Shown here: positions 11,901 to 24,699 of the stretch, piece by piece
Layout of the letters: each line of letters begins with the position of its first letter
How positions within the stretch are numbered: the stretch's first letter is position 1
Assembly (NCBI RefSeq): GCF_016432865.1
Contig: NC_067404.1
Span: 43,400,001-43,464,000, forward strand
From: Antechinus flavipes
Taxonomy: Eukaryota
DNA: 64,000 nt
Direction: 5' to 3'
Notes under the pieces: model-generated
Told to the model about the DNA's origin: nothing
Databases searched by the model: none
What the model saw: the letters and a program-made list of their open reading frames with translations, nothing else
Made by a program: the position numbers and the translations under genes

Positions 11901-13329
11901 TTAAAAGGTTGTTTTCTATTTCTTAAGTAGGAGAAAGCTCTCCAGCCTTGAAAGTAGGAGCCTCTTGATTCTTACCACTTACTAGTTCAGTAGCCACCTG
12001 GTGTCATGGTCCTAAGTCTTATATTCTCTATCTGTAATTTGGGGGATAGTTCTCAATGCTTGTTTCATCTCACCTGGTTTTGGCTAAGGATCCAATGAGA
12101 TAAGAGATATCAAAATCCTTCTGAAAAGTATAAAGAGCTATGGGAATGAATGCCTGTTAGGATTTTTTTCTAGTTTTGGACAGCTGTCATTTTAACTGAC
12201 ATTTTTGCAGATGAGGGCCATGTTAGAAGCATCTGAAGTCTGAGAACTGAAGCTAGAAGTGAATGCATCATTGGTCAGGGTCCACATCCTTGGGAGGATA
12301 TGTGAATGTTCATGGTTGGTGTTCCCTGGGGAGAACAGGGGTGCTCCCTTGTGTATCAGGCGGCTTTGTCTTAGAAGCACATCCTCACAGTTAAGTACCC
12401 AGTCGGTGTCATAATATCCAAGAATTTTAGAGCCAAAAGAAACTCTCCTATATAGTGGAAGATTGGCGAATGGAGCAAAGAAATCACTTTATAGCTGCAC
12501 ATTGAACTAGTACTTAATTGGCTCTGCCCCCAGATATACAAATGTCCATTTGGACAAATGGACAAAAATGTCCCCCAAACTGCCATTTTTTTATTGTTAA
12601 GTCAAGTTTGTGTGAATCCCATTTCTCTCCTTTCCAATAATTGGGGATTTATGTTCCTACTTTGGTAGACCTATTATCTTAATCAATGTGAGTATTCTCT
12701 CCATTGGTGCTGCTTAATACACATTCATTTCTTCTTATTCGGTGATATTCTTGTCCGTGTTTCCTAGTAAATTCTCCAGAGAGTTCCTGCCTTGTATTTT
12801 GTGGGTGTGACCTCAACTATCCAGACTATGATATGCAGTGGGACAGCTAGCCATACATCTATATATTTTGGTATCAGTATTCTCATTGAGAGCTCTGAAA
12901 AGGAGTGTGAATTATACTCTGTGAGACAGTTGGACACAATTAAAGCGTTTTAGGGCTGACAAGTAACCTAATCAGAAAGGTTATTCTGGTATCAGTAAGA
13001 AGGATGGATTGGAGCATATAGAAGGCAGAAGCAGGAAAACCTAGTGTAATAATTCAGCCAAGTGGTAATGGATGATAATAATAATAAAAATAATGATGGC
13101 TCCCATTTTTCTAATTCTTATTAGGTTTCTATAGCTTTCTAGTAAAGAAATGGGACAGATATTTTTACATCCATTTTACAGCTGAGGAAACTGAAACATA
13201 GTGAAAGGAAGTTATTTATTGAGGTAGCCAGGAGTCTAGAAGACCTTAAATATTAGGCTAAGAATGTAAGATCCTTGAGGTCAAGACCTTTTTTCCTCTT
13301 TTCTCCTCAAATTCACAGCCTGATGGCTG

Positions 13330-14400
13330 GCACACGGATGCTAACTGATGAATGCTTGTTGAATTGAAATGAATTTGTAGTTTATCTTCTAGGCAGTGGG
13401 GCAGATATTGAAGATTCTTAAGTGAGGAAGTGTCTTGATTATATCTGTATCTTAGTACCATGTGAATAGCTTGGAGAAAGGGGAGAATGAGAGCAGGCAG
13501 TCAGTTAGACGCCATTAGAGTAATCCAAATGAGAGCTAGTAAGAACTTAAACCAGAGTGGTGACTGTGTGAATGGAGAGAAGAGTGTGGAGGTGAGAGGG
13601 CTTTTGTTGAGGTTGAATATGAGGATTATGGTGATGGTAGGGGGAACATTCGGTGATGACTGAGATCATAAATCTGGGTAATTATAAGGATTTTAGTGTC
13701 TTCAACAGAAACTGGAAATCTAGAAGGAAGGCAAGTTACAGGAGGAAGATGAATTCTGTTGTGAACATTGTAAATTTGAGATACCTATGGAACATTCAGG
13801 TGGAGATGTCCATTAGGCAGAGGATGCTATAGAATTAAAGGAGAAAGACTAGATAAATAAACAAAATGATTAAAACCATTGGAAGTGTTGCTATAAGCAG
13901 AAGAGAAAATAAAAGGCCTCAGGACAGATATTTAAGGAATATATAAACTTAGGGGGTTGACATGGATGGTGATCCAACAAAGAACCTTTAGAAGTATCGA
14001 TTAGACAGGTAGGAGGAGAACCAGGGGAAATTAGTGTTATAGAAGCCAAAGAAGAAAGTATCCTAGTTTCAAAAACTACAGGGAGTTAAGAATGGAAAGA
14101 ATTGAGATAAGTCCATCAGATATAAAGGTTAAGAGCTCACTGGTAGCCTTGAAAAGAATGTTTTCAGTACATTAGTTAGAAATCAGACATCTAAATCTGT
14201 TTAGAATTTTAAGAATGGCAGGGAAGTGGAGGGAGCAAGTAGCCATGATTCAAGAGTTTGGCTTTGAGAAGGAAAGAAGATAGAGGGCATGAGCTAAAGG
14301 ATTGATGCTGTTCTAGCAAAGGAGACTAAGGAAGAGTGGCCAGGTAGAAAGAGCTCTAGGAGAGGGTAGTGTCAAGGAAGCCATGGGAAAAGGATACCCA
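13330..14400 (-). mobile_element. L2 LINE fragment(s)
   Basis: Purine-rich reverse L2 body (gagatacctatggaacattcaggtggagatgtcc, aggaggagaaccagg) preceded by tgatgaatgcttgttgaattgaaatgaat. Confidence 0.75.
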
Positions 14401-14859
14401 GGAGGAAAGGGTTAGTCAATAATCTTGGAAAGTGTGTTGGATTTGAAGACTAAAGAGCTCGCCTGAAATTCTCACCCTGCTTCCTCCTGTCTTTGTGGGC
14501 TTGAACAAGTTATTTTACTTTCCTGGACCTCCATTTCTTCCTGAAAAGTGAAGGGGTTGGACTTGATAGCCTCTGGAAGCCCCCTAAAAATTCCAGATCT
14601 TGCGTTCCATAATCTTGTCTGGACCTCCATTGCTTTACCCATAAAATGAGGGACTTGGACTTGATAGCCTCTGAGGTCCCTTCCAACTCTTAAGTCTGTG
14701 ATTCTAGTATTCTTTGAAAGCTTCAGAGAAATCAAGGACTTCCTTTAAGGGAGGGAATCTCTCCACTCCTTGGACAGCAGCCTCTAAAGCCTTTAGGGTT
14801 TGTTGAGCACCCAGCACTCTGAATGTTTTTGATGAGAATAACGGGATGAATGATACAAG

Positions 14860-15110
14860 GCTCATTTGGCGAGATGCTTCAGTAGCTGCACGCCATTGGC
14901 TCCTGGCCACGTGCTGAGTACAAATGATCTTTTTGAATGGATGAGGCACTACGGAGTGATTGTTAATCAATGAAAGGTCCTTAATTCTCTAACCACTGAT
15001 TGATTAAAATCAATATCATTATGCACCACTGCTAATTTGGTTTGCTCACGTGAGACCCAGACTGGCTCCCTAGACAAATCTGCTACTCTGGGTTAGCAGT
15101 TCACCAGGGA
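14860..15110. promoter_or_regulatory. Candidate enhancer with HNF1-like, ONECUT and E-box motifs
   Basis: GTTAATCAATGAA (14962-14974), AATCAATA (15008-15015), CACGTG (14908-14913), TCACGTGA (15046-15053), in CpG-retaining non-repeat DNA. Confidence 0.45.
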
Positions 15111-16079
15111 GCTTTCAAGTCTCACAAAATGAATAACAAAACCCAATCCAAGGGGAATGAGCTGCCACAACAACATCCTTTCTTGTCCAGAATCCCAAGA
15201 TTTGAATCCTACATACTAGGTCATGAAAATCTCATACTTACAGAATGGCAGCATTGCACATTCAGGTTCTCACTCTCTTTCTCTCTCCCCTCCTTTCCTC
15301 CTCCCCCACCCACTTTCTTCTTCTAAAGAAATAAAGATCATTAAGCTTGGTCCTGGCAAAGAAATGAGGAAAGGTATATGTATTTGCTTTCCTTGAGGAG
15401 GCAAGAGGGATCATGGGTGTGAAAAATTGGATACATTGTCCATCGTGATTTCTGGATTGACTGTTTTTTCTTCATTAAAAGAAAAAAACTGGGTAGGTGA
15501 TGGGGATGTTTAGAAACGATTCTGGTGCATCAATAAATGGATCAGTTTTTAAAAATTAAAAACAGAAACAATTGACAATAACTGCCACAGAAAAATCCAA
15601 TCCAATCCAATCAACATTTATTAAGTGACTTCTTTGTTCAGGCATTTGGGATACAAAGACCCAGAGGAAATAATAGCTCAAGGCCCTGCAAAGTGCAATA
15701 ACTCTAGAGTCCAAGGGCCTGGAATCATGGTTCACCTTTGACCCTTCTACTACCTGTCTAACCTTGACCAAGTAATTCATCTTCCTGATAATTATCCCTC
15801 AGCTGAAAAATGACTAGATGAATTAGATGGCCTTGGGGGGGGGGACTTCTAGCTTTAGATCTAGGATCCTCTGGTGACCTCAGACAACTCCCTGCCTATT
15901 TCTATGCCAACTTCCTCCTTGGTAAAGCGAGAACATTGGACTAAATGGTCTCTAAGGTCTAGGCTTCTAGACTTAGGAGCTTAGGACTGAAGAAACAAGC
16001 CCCTAGAGTCAAAGAAATTACATTCTCCTGGGGGCACAACATGTAGAGAGATAAGTAAATATAATTGGGATTGTAAAGT

Positions 16080-16688
16080 AGAGAAGAGAGGGGGAGAGAA
16101 GGATGTAGAGAGAAAGGAGAAAGAGTGAGATAAGGATGGAGGGGAGGGGAGAGACAGAGACAGAGAAACAGAACACACCAAGAGACAGGAAGAGAAAGGG
16201 AAGAAAGAAACAGAGGAGACTCAAAGAAGAGATACACAGAGAGAGAAAGAGGAGAAAGAGACACACACAAATAGAAGAAAAAGAGAGGAGACAGACAGCA
16301 AGAAATAGAGATAGAAGAGAGACAGACATACAATGAGAAGAGAGACAGAGAGATAGAGAGACAAAAACAGAGAGAAATAGAGGAAAGAGAAGAGAAAGAG
16401 AGGGAGAAGGAAAGAGGAGAAAGAGAGAAGAGAAAGGCAGAGAAGAGAGAGACAGACAGAAACACATAGAGAGAGAGAGAGAAGAAAGAGACAGAGAAGA
16501 GACAGAAAAAAGGAGAGAAGAGAGACAGAAACACACAGAGACAGAGACGGAGAAAGAAGAGGGAGACAGAGAGAAGAGGGAAAGGGAGAAGAGATATAAA
16601 GACAGACCACACAGAAAGAGGAGAGAGACAGAGAGAGATAGACACAGAGACAGACGAAGCGAGAGGGAGAAAGAGAAGAAGAATGGGC
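16080..16688. repeat. About 600-bp GA/GACA-rich low-complexity tract
   Basis: Mostly purines on the + strand (gagaga, gacaga, gaagaga units). Source of the spurious 310-aa and 224-aa ORFs. Confidence 0.95.
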
Positions 16689-17089
16689 ACACACAGCAGG
16701 GGTAGCTCTAGAAGTGATTCAGTGTGGAGGTAGTACTTGAGTTGAAGCTTGATTTTACTGGTTCTACCATTTATTCCCATCATGACCTGAACAAGTATCT
16801 TTTCCTTTTTGGGTGTCAGTTTCCCCCTGTTTAAAATGAGGATAACTGTACTTGTATTTCCTTCTTCAAAAGATTGTTGTAAGGAAAGCACTATAGAAAT
16901 AGGAGTTGCTTGAATCTTGATTTCTGCTTATTACTATTATTACTATTTGTAAAATAAGAGGTTCTCATAAAGTCCCAAATCATGTTAGAGCCAGGAAATT
17001 CAGGAGCCTAACTCGAGCTGTGCTCCAACCATGTGCTACGGACTAAAACAACAACCCAGTGTGGTTGACGATAAACATTTTTCTTCTCT

Positions 17090-17570
17090 TAAGGGAAAAT
17101 CATGCCGAGAAACCAGCCTGGGTAAATAACTTCCCAAGCGGTATGTAATACACTGTAAATAACAAGCCCGCTAAATAATGAATTAACCCAACTGCTGATT
17201 CATTGGGAAGCGTCCCTGGTAAAGCACACTTTTTATGGATTTTACAGTTTAGTTAATCTCCAGTCATATTTCATTAAGACTGTTCAGGTGAAGTATCGAG
17301 GTAATAATATGAATATATTGCAAAGTGATGTAGTGTGTCTGGAACACCCAGCAGAGGGCTAGAGAGAGCAACACTTCCGCCCCTTGTACCTGGAGCATCA
17401 GTGGCCTTAAACGCGGACCAGCCTCTCCATTTGAGGCCAGACCCTCAATAAGTAAGCTCACTAGGCCAGGTTGGGGGAGTGGGGGAGCCCATATATAAAG
17501 GGTGGAGTTATTGTTCTTGTTAGGCCAAAGGGTAGAGATGTAGGATCATAAGAGTTATTGCCACAAGGTA
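17090..17570 (+). promoter_or_regulatory. Candidate promoter/insulator with CTCF site, FOX sites, ETS/GC box and TATA-like element
   Basis: CCAGCAGAGGGCTAG (17348-17362) closely fits the CTCF core; two GTAAATAAC forkhead motifs; acttccgcccc; atatataaag at 17491-17500; multiple CpGs. Confidence 0.5.
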
Positions 17571-17673
17571 CCATGTTCTCCAACCCCCTCATCTTGTAGA
17601 TTTGGAACCAGAGGCCCAGAAAGAAGTGGCTTGCTTAAGGTCACTGTCAGTTACTGGTAGAATTCAAATCTAG

Positions 17674-17819
17674 GGGCAGCTAGGTGACACAATGGATAGA
17701 ACACCAACCCTGAAGTCAGGAAGACCTGAGTTCAAATCTGCCCTCAGACACTTGACACTTTCTAGCTGTGTGACCCTGGGAAAGTCACTTAACCCCAATT
17801 GCCCCAGGAAGAAAAAAAA
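17674..17819 (+). mobile_element. WSINE1-like SINE with TSD
   Basis: gggcagctaggtg head, CORE, poly-A, and a 15-bp TSD agaattcaaatctag (17659-17673, 17820-17834). Confidence 0.9.
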
Positions 17820-18289
17820 AGAATTCAAATCTAGATCCTCCTAGCATAAGTTTAGTATTCTTTTTACTTCATCACTTTAGTTATATCAGAATATGAGGGT
17901 ATTCTTTGCATCTTTGCTCATGCTGTTCTACTCATATGTGCTGTCTTCTGTCCCTGTTTCCAATGTCTACTTGATGAAATCCTACCCATCTTTCAAAGCC
18001 TATTTCAAATGCCACCTCCTCCATGAAGCCCTCTCAGATTCCGTATCCCCTTACCCTCACCACCCCTGTTACTCTCATCATAAACACCTAGAAAGAAATG
18101 TTTCCTCTCATGGTCATGCTTCTATCTTCATGCTTCTATCTCTTTATGCTCAAACCAGCTAATATTTTCTATTGTAGTTCTGTAAGAACTACATGGGAGG
18201 TAGGTAATCAGACCTTTTTAATATAAAAAGGTAACTGAGAGATTATTAATAATTAAATACCGATATATGTGTCTACTCTTGCATCTATC

Positions 18290-18490
18290 TATAATCATTG
18301 AAAGTTAGTTATATTTGTACTTTAACATATTTAACATGTATTGGTCAACCTGCCATCTGGGGGAGGGGGGGGGGAGGAAGGGAAAAGTTAGAAGAGAAGG
18401 TTTTGCAAGGGTCAATGCTGAAAAATTACCCATGCATATAGCTTATAAATAAAAAAGCTATAATAAAAAATAAAAATAAAAAAATAAAGT
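18290..18490 (+). mobile_element. L1 extreme 3' fragment
   Basis: tttaacatgtattggtcaacctgccatctgggggagggg...aataaaaaa tail. Confidence 0.8.
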
Positions 18491-18519
18491 GAGTTATATG
18501 TGAAATGAGGGTATCCTTG

Positions 18520-19510
18520 ATGAAAGCATTAGTTGGGATCAGACTTTTGCAAATAATACCCAACAGTGCCCCGCCACATCCTTACCACATCACAGTTAAC
18601 TAATAGAGATGGATAAGATCCCACTGTTTCTTGATGACAAAAAGGCATTGGATTTAATAGAACAAAACACCATCTTATTTTTGCTCTTTTATAGCAAGGT
18701 ACCTCCCATATGTTTGTCAAGATCATTCAAGATCCTTGGAAGATATAACAACAAAAATAACCCTATTCATCAATCCTCTGATAATAAACATTGGGCAAGG
18801 TGTAAAACAGGGAGATACACAGTTGCCAAGAATACCTTCCATTAAAATTGAGCACATCCCGTTCATGATTCAGGTTGAGGAGGGATTCTCTATCATAGTG
18901 ACATCTTCTAAATACTCCGATTTGTAGGTAAAATTGTACTGATGGCATCAAACCTTCCTAGAAGGAGGTGAACCTCTTAGAACAGTTCTGTAATCACCCA
19001 AAAGAAGTTTGGCCTGTTTCCACATGGGAAAGATCAAATAGATGAAGAATCTTTATTGACCAGCTTTTGATATCCATTTGAATGAACATCCTATAGATTA
19101 AATCCAGTAATATATAGAAATCTGAGACTGAAAGCAATAATATTTAATTATCTAGGCCCAGAACTGAAAAAATAGGGGGAAATTTAGCTGGGTTGCTTTT
19201 GGGAAATTGTGAAGTTTTTAGTGATCCCATGAAAGCAGAAACCTGCCTTTTCCATACAAACATTTTAGCCACACTGTTTTATGGTAGCAATTCAGGGAAC
19301 ACCATTGGCTCAGAAGAATAAGATGAATACTATACCTAAGTTAATGAAGAGGTACATGGTAGGGGGCAGAACAGACTATAACATAGAACCAATAAGGAAT
19401 TCCAAAGAAAAACTAGTCCAAAAGATATCATCAAGGAATCAGATTTCAATCTATTCAATAAGATCATATTGCTCTTAAGAGCAAAGGATGACTTTTCTAC
19501 AGTCAGAGAC
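18520..19510 (+). mobile_element. RTE-clade LINE, decayed reverse transcriptase region
   Basis: Frameshifted peptides IPLFLDDKKALDLIEQN (D..KAFD motif) and INIGQGVKQGDT (GVxQGD motif), followed by an RTE-type RT C-terminus. Confidence 0.8.
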
Positions 19511-19584
19511 ACCAATGGTTCCCACTAGTGTCAGGAGAAAACAAGGAAGGTCTTGTACTTCCTCTGGACAACTCTTTCCCCAAC

Positions 19585-20345
19585 TTAATAGTATTTTATT
19601 TTTTCCAATGACATGTAAGGATAGTTTTCAACATTTATTTTTGTAAGATTTCGAGTTCCAATTTTTCTCTCTCTTCTCCCCCCAAAATGGCAAGCAATCT
19701 GATACAGGTTATACATGTACAATTATCTATTTCCACAGTAGTCATATTGTGAAAGAAGAAACAGAACAAAAGGGAAAAATCATAAGAAAGAAAAAAGTAA
19801 AAATAGTATGTTTGGATCTGCATCTAATTTTAATAGTTCTTCCTCTGGATGTGGATAGCATTTTCCATCATGAGTTTTTTTGAATTGTCTTAGATCATTG
19901 CATTGCTGAGGAGAGCTAAGTCTATCACGTTTGATCATTGCACAGTGTTGCTGCCACTGTATACAATGTTCTCCTGGTTCTGCTCACTTCATTCAGCATC
20001 AGTTCTTGTAAGTCTTTCCAGGCTTTTCTGAAATCTGCCTTCTCATAATTTCTTATAGCACAGTAGTACTCCATTACATTCATATACCACAAATTTCCAT
20101 TCCCCAATTAATGGGCATCCCCTCAATTTCCAATTTTTTGCCACTACAAAAAGAGCTGCTGTAAATATTTTTGTATGTGTATGTCCTTTTCTTTTTTTAT
20201 AATCTCTCCGAGATACAGATCTAGTAGTGGTATTGCTGATTCAAAGGGTATGCATAACTTTAATTATCCTTGGGGCATAGTTCCAAATTGCTCTCCAGAA
20301 TGGTTGGATCAGTGTCCAATTCCACTAACAATGCATTAGTGTTTC
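19585..20345 (-). mobile_element. Marsupial L1 3' portion
   Basis: ORF2 C-terminal remnant LWYMNVMEYYCAIRN...ELMLNEVSRTRRTLY plus 3'UTR. Confidence 0.9.
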
Positions 20346-21224
20346 ACTTCTCCCCTGGGGAGAACTTTTGGTAGAATGTGGACCAGAGTAGCATGGGTAA
20401 GCTGTGGTTGACATCATTGGAGGGAATTTCTGAATTAGTGAAATTACAGCTCCGTTTGAGTTTGAGTTTTCTGTGAGAAAATGTTTTGTTTCTCATACTA
20501 GATGGCATGCTCCAAGTCCTCAACTTATATTTGTGTCCCTTTCAGGCTGAAGTCCCAGGGCTCAATAAAGATCTGTTGAATGAATGAATGAGACCTTGGT
20601 GTTTTCCCCACCATGGATCTGTAGCAAATTGTTTATATTCCACAAACATCTTTACTACCAAAAGTCCATCCTTAATACATCATAATTCATATTTTTCACT
20701 TCTTGAGTCCAGAAGGCATTTTCTTCAAATTCTTCTATTGTGTAGTGCAACATAGGTGCTATTATCTTCATTTTTTAGATGAGTAAACAGACCCAAATGA
20801 TTTACTGAACTAGTAAATACCAGCCAATATTTGAACTGAGTTCTAGAGAGTTAGAAGTTCAATGGTCTTTCTATTACACTACACTATTTCTCTTAAAATC
20901 TATAAAAAGGCTGACTTGGCTTCTTTCTCCCTGTGTCCTATTTCTCCCATCCCTCACTTCCTCTTTTCCTTGTTCCTAGTCCTGGAATCTCAAGGCTCCT
21001 GTCCCTTAAGCTCTAGGAGCTTATCACACAGGGAGTAGATGTGGAAAAAAGGAACAGACATGCACCTAAGGAAGAATGACAGACCCCTTGCCTATAATTC
21101 CTTAAACCTCTAATTTTGATTAAACTTGTCCACGTGTTCTAGGTGTTTTAAAGAGCAGGATGTTGGCAAAGTTATTTTTGGATAATAGAAGAAGTTACCA
21201 CTTGCCAAATTTAAATTGGACAGC

Positions 21225-21450
21225 TAAGTAGTATAGTAAATGGATGAGAGTTCCAGGCTTGGACTCATGCAAGTTCATCATTATGAGTTCAAATCTTGCC
21301 TTAGATACTTAGGAACTGTCATCCTGTTTGCCTCAGTTTCCTCATCTATAAAGTGATCTAGATAAAGAAATAGCAAACCATTCCAGTATCTTTTTCAAAA
21401 AAAAAAACCCCAAATGTCAGCACGAGGAGGCAGACATGAATGAAATGATT
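21225..21450 (+). mobile_element. MAR1-like SINE
   Basis: CORE and tail gataaagaaatagcaaaccattccagtatc. Confidence 0.7.
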
Positions 21451-22779
21451 GAATCCAGAACTCTAGAATTGGAATTAGGATACCTGGGTTTGAATGGTAG
21501 CTCAGATTCACTAGCTTTATCATTTTGAGCAAGTCACTTCCATACTCTGATTTTTTAAAATATCTAAAATGGGAATTCTAGTGTTACTTATACTACCTAC
21601 CTCACAGTATTGTTGTGAAAAGCGATGTATAAACAACAAAGCTCTACACAATGTGAATCACTCCTGGATTCACTTATTCATCAGACATTTATTAATGGCC
21701 CACTGTGTGCCGAGTACTGAGCTAGTCACTAGACTTGGTATTAGAGGAACTGTAACTTCAGGCAAGTTCTTTCTCATTTTCCTCCTCACTCCAAATGAAG
21801 TATGGATGATGAAGTCTGGATGACTTTTAAGAGCCCTTACTGGTCTACATCATCTGACCCTAAAATACAAAACTTGGCAAAAATCCAGTCCCTGACCTCA
21901 GAGATCTCATATTCTTGCAGGGCGATAAGAAACACATTTATAATACTCTCCTTGCTCTGGGAAACACATTAGAGAGGGAACCAAAAAAGTGTTCTGTGAG
22001 GTCTGAGGGGAAAGGTCATTACTACCTCTCCCTGGGGCCTTGGATTATTGTGTGTTGGTGGCCGTTTCTGCCAATGGATTGGAGACACATACAGCTCGGC
22101 ATTCACTTTGACAAAGCTCTTTTTTTTTCTTTTTTTCTTTTTTAGCACTTTTCAGAAAAGCCTGAAGAAATAACAAATAGTTGCTAAGCTACGCCAAGGG
22201 CTCTATTGCAATGTTCTGTTGTGATCTCGGCATTAGGAACTAGAGCATTCTCATAGTCAAGGGCGTTGAAAAAATAGTAGGGGAATGGGGGGCTACTGGA
22301 GATGGGGGTGGGAGAAGCCTTCTTTGGTAGATAATGTAGTTTATCAGTTCAAGTGACCTGTTTTCAATTCAGGTAACCCAGAGAGGGCCATATCTGAGGC
22401 TAAAAAGTAGCCTGGAGTGTTCTGTCTCTTATACTTGGTCAAAAGACAGCCACCCTCCATGCTACTTGGAAATGAATGCTGATTTTGGGGGATAAAAAGG
22501 GGGGCTGTGGATTTAGGAGCTTTTTTAAAAAATGGGACAGTCTTATCCTGGGACAAAAGTCAGTTGTTTTGTTCTGGCCATTTGTCTATGGCAGGTGCAG
22601 TATATAGTTGCCAGCACCGAAGGAGCCCCTTGCCCCAAGCTGGTGTTTGAGAGCTAAAAGCAAGAAATAATGATTCATCAAGTCCCATACTTAAGTTTTT
22701 TTTTTTTTTAAAGAAAAGATGAACTGGGGGTAGAGGTTGGGGAGTTGTTTGGACTGCTAGCTCATGTGGAAAAAAAAAC

Positions 22780-23190
22780 AACCTCAGGGTTTAAGTTGAC
22801 TACAAATGTAATATATATGTGGGCATATAGCTGCCAAAAAGGCTGGTGAGATCTTGGGTTGCCATAAGAAGAGCATAGAGTCCAAAATGAAAGAGAGAAC
22901 TCTTTGGTGCTTTATGCATATCAGACTCCATATGGAATATTGTCTCCATTTGGGGCAATATGCTTGTGGTGGGAGGATCATTGACAAACTAGTGTGTATT
23001 CAGAATAGGGCTTTCAGGATAATAAGGGAACCATTGCATACAAGGATTTGGGAACAGTTAGCCTGGACAAGAGAAGTCTTGGTTGGGAGGGGTGGGGGAT
23101 GAAATGTGATAGCTGCCTTCAAGTGTAGAAGAAGGATTAGAAGGGTTCCATATGGCTCCAACGGACAGAGGACTGCTGGGTAGAAAATTG
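22780..23190 (+). mobile_element. L3/CR1 3' region
   Basis: Peptide LHMEYCLHLG...IDKLVCIQNRAFRII resembles the CR1 PHLEYCVQFW...DKLE.VQRRA motif. Confidence 0.8.
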
Positions 23191-24699
23191 CAGCTTAGTG
23201 GAGGAGACAGCATGGCTTAGTGGACAGACAGTTGGCCTTGGAGTCAGAAGATCTGGATACAAGTGCTGGCTTTGTTATACACTGAGTGTGGGTCTCTGAG
23301 AAAGCCATGTAGTCTCTCGTCCCCATAAAATTCCCCCCAAACTCCTGTTTGCTGTGCAAGGGATGATTTGTATCTGAAGATGGAGTTTTCATTTGGGGAG
23401 TTCATCATATCAATGAAATCACAGGAGTAGTTAACCCCCACCCCTCCAAAAAAGAATATGTGCATGTTTTTGTGTTATACTCTATTATTTTCTGTTTTCT
23501 GGATTCTTTTTTTTTTTAACTATTCCACTTCTGTGCCAAGATTGATGCCCTTCTCTGTGTTCAGAAATGGGATCCTCTCTCTGTTTCTCTTGAACTCCCT
23601 TTTCAGTCTTTCAAGGTTCAGCCTCCATGAAGCCTTTCCTGTTGTGTCCTCTACTCACTCCAGCCATCTCCAGGTCTCCAGGCAAAAAGGATTTCTCCTT
23701 CATCAAATACTTCCCAGCACTTTGATCCTACCTCTCTTTCTCCCCTTTCTCACTCTTCATTGTCACTTAGCTATTTTGTGTATTTACCTTCTCTCAAAGT
23801 TACATCTGTCATAACCTCCTTGAAAGCTGGGAACATGTCATTTCTTTACCAAGCAAATTAACATATGTGTAATTGGTACTTAATAAAGGCTTTGTTGAAA
23901 TCTTAAAAATCAGAATCGTCCAATAAGGGAATGGGCTGCTTCAGCAGATAGCAAGCTCTCTGTTCTTGGAAATATTCAAGCAAGACTGGGCGGCCCCTTT
24001 GAAATTGTGGAAAGAGATTCTGGTCTTTGGGTTTGAGAAACTGGATCAGGTGACTAGTAATGTAGCTTCCAGCTCCAAGTTTGTGGTTCTAGGTGTGGCT
24101 TTGTGAATGAGGCCATATTACTGTAAATATACTGCCCAGTAAATGTACTAATCAGGCCATTCTGTCCCCTTACCTAAAGAGCCTTTTTCAGCCAGGTTTT
24201 TTTTTCTTACTCTTGCTGAATCTCAGAGTAATAATACGCTCATTGAATGCTTTGCTGCTCTTGTAGTCATTTTGACCATTGTGTAAGTCTAAGAATGCCA
24301 GACCCTATTGTTTGGGAACAAGGAAGGCTTCCCCCTCCCCTCCTAGCTGGAGCCCCAAGGCATGAAAATCTCTCATTTGAGATTGATGGAAAGAGAGGCC
24401 TTTTCTCAACTCTCCTTTCCAACACAGTTTGAATGGTCATAATAGAGGAATCCGCCCATTGCAAGTTGTTTCTCAGTGTGGGGACAATGAAGGCATTACT
24501 GACTTTAGACTTGTTTTCACCAACTAGGTCAATCTGTGTATAGTTGGACTTAAAAAAAAAAGCCTACCAATCTGATAAAAATGGATGCTGTCCAGGACAT
24601 TCTTTGTGGGGAATGCATTGAAAATAAATCTGAAATAAGAATCCAGGAAATTGCCCTCTGTGCCTTTCACCTGTCATCACAGCCAGGAGAATTCTATAG

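Noticed and set aside
14704-14970. QWRAATEASRQM resembles filovirus NP QLREAATEAEKQL (possible endogenous viral element)
   Set aside because: The match is short and needs a gap, the flanks do not align from recall, and the ORF runs into a repeat. A tBLASTn against filovirus NP would settle it.
15959-16891. 310-aa, 224-aa and 157-aa ORFs rich in L/S/F/C
   Set aside because: They are translations of the GA/TC low-complexity tract, which lacks stop codons by composition.
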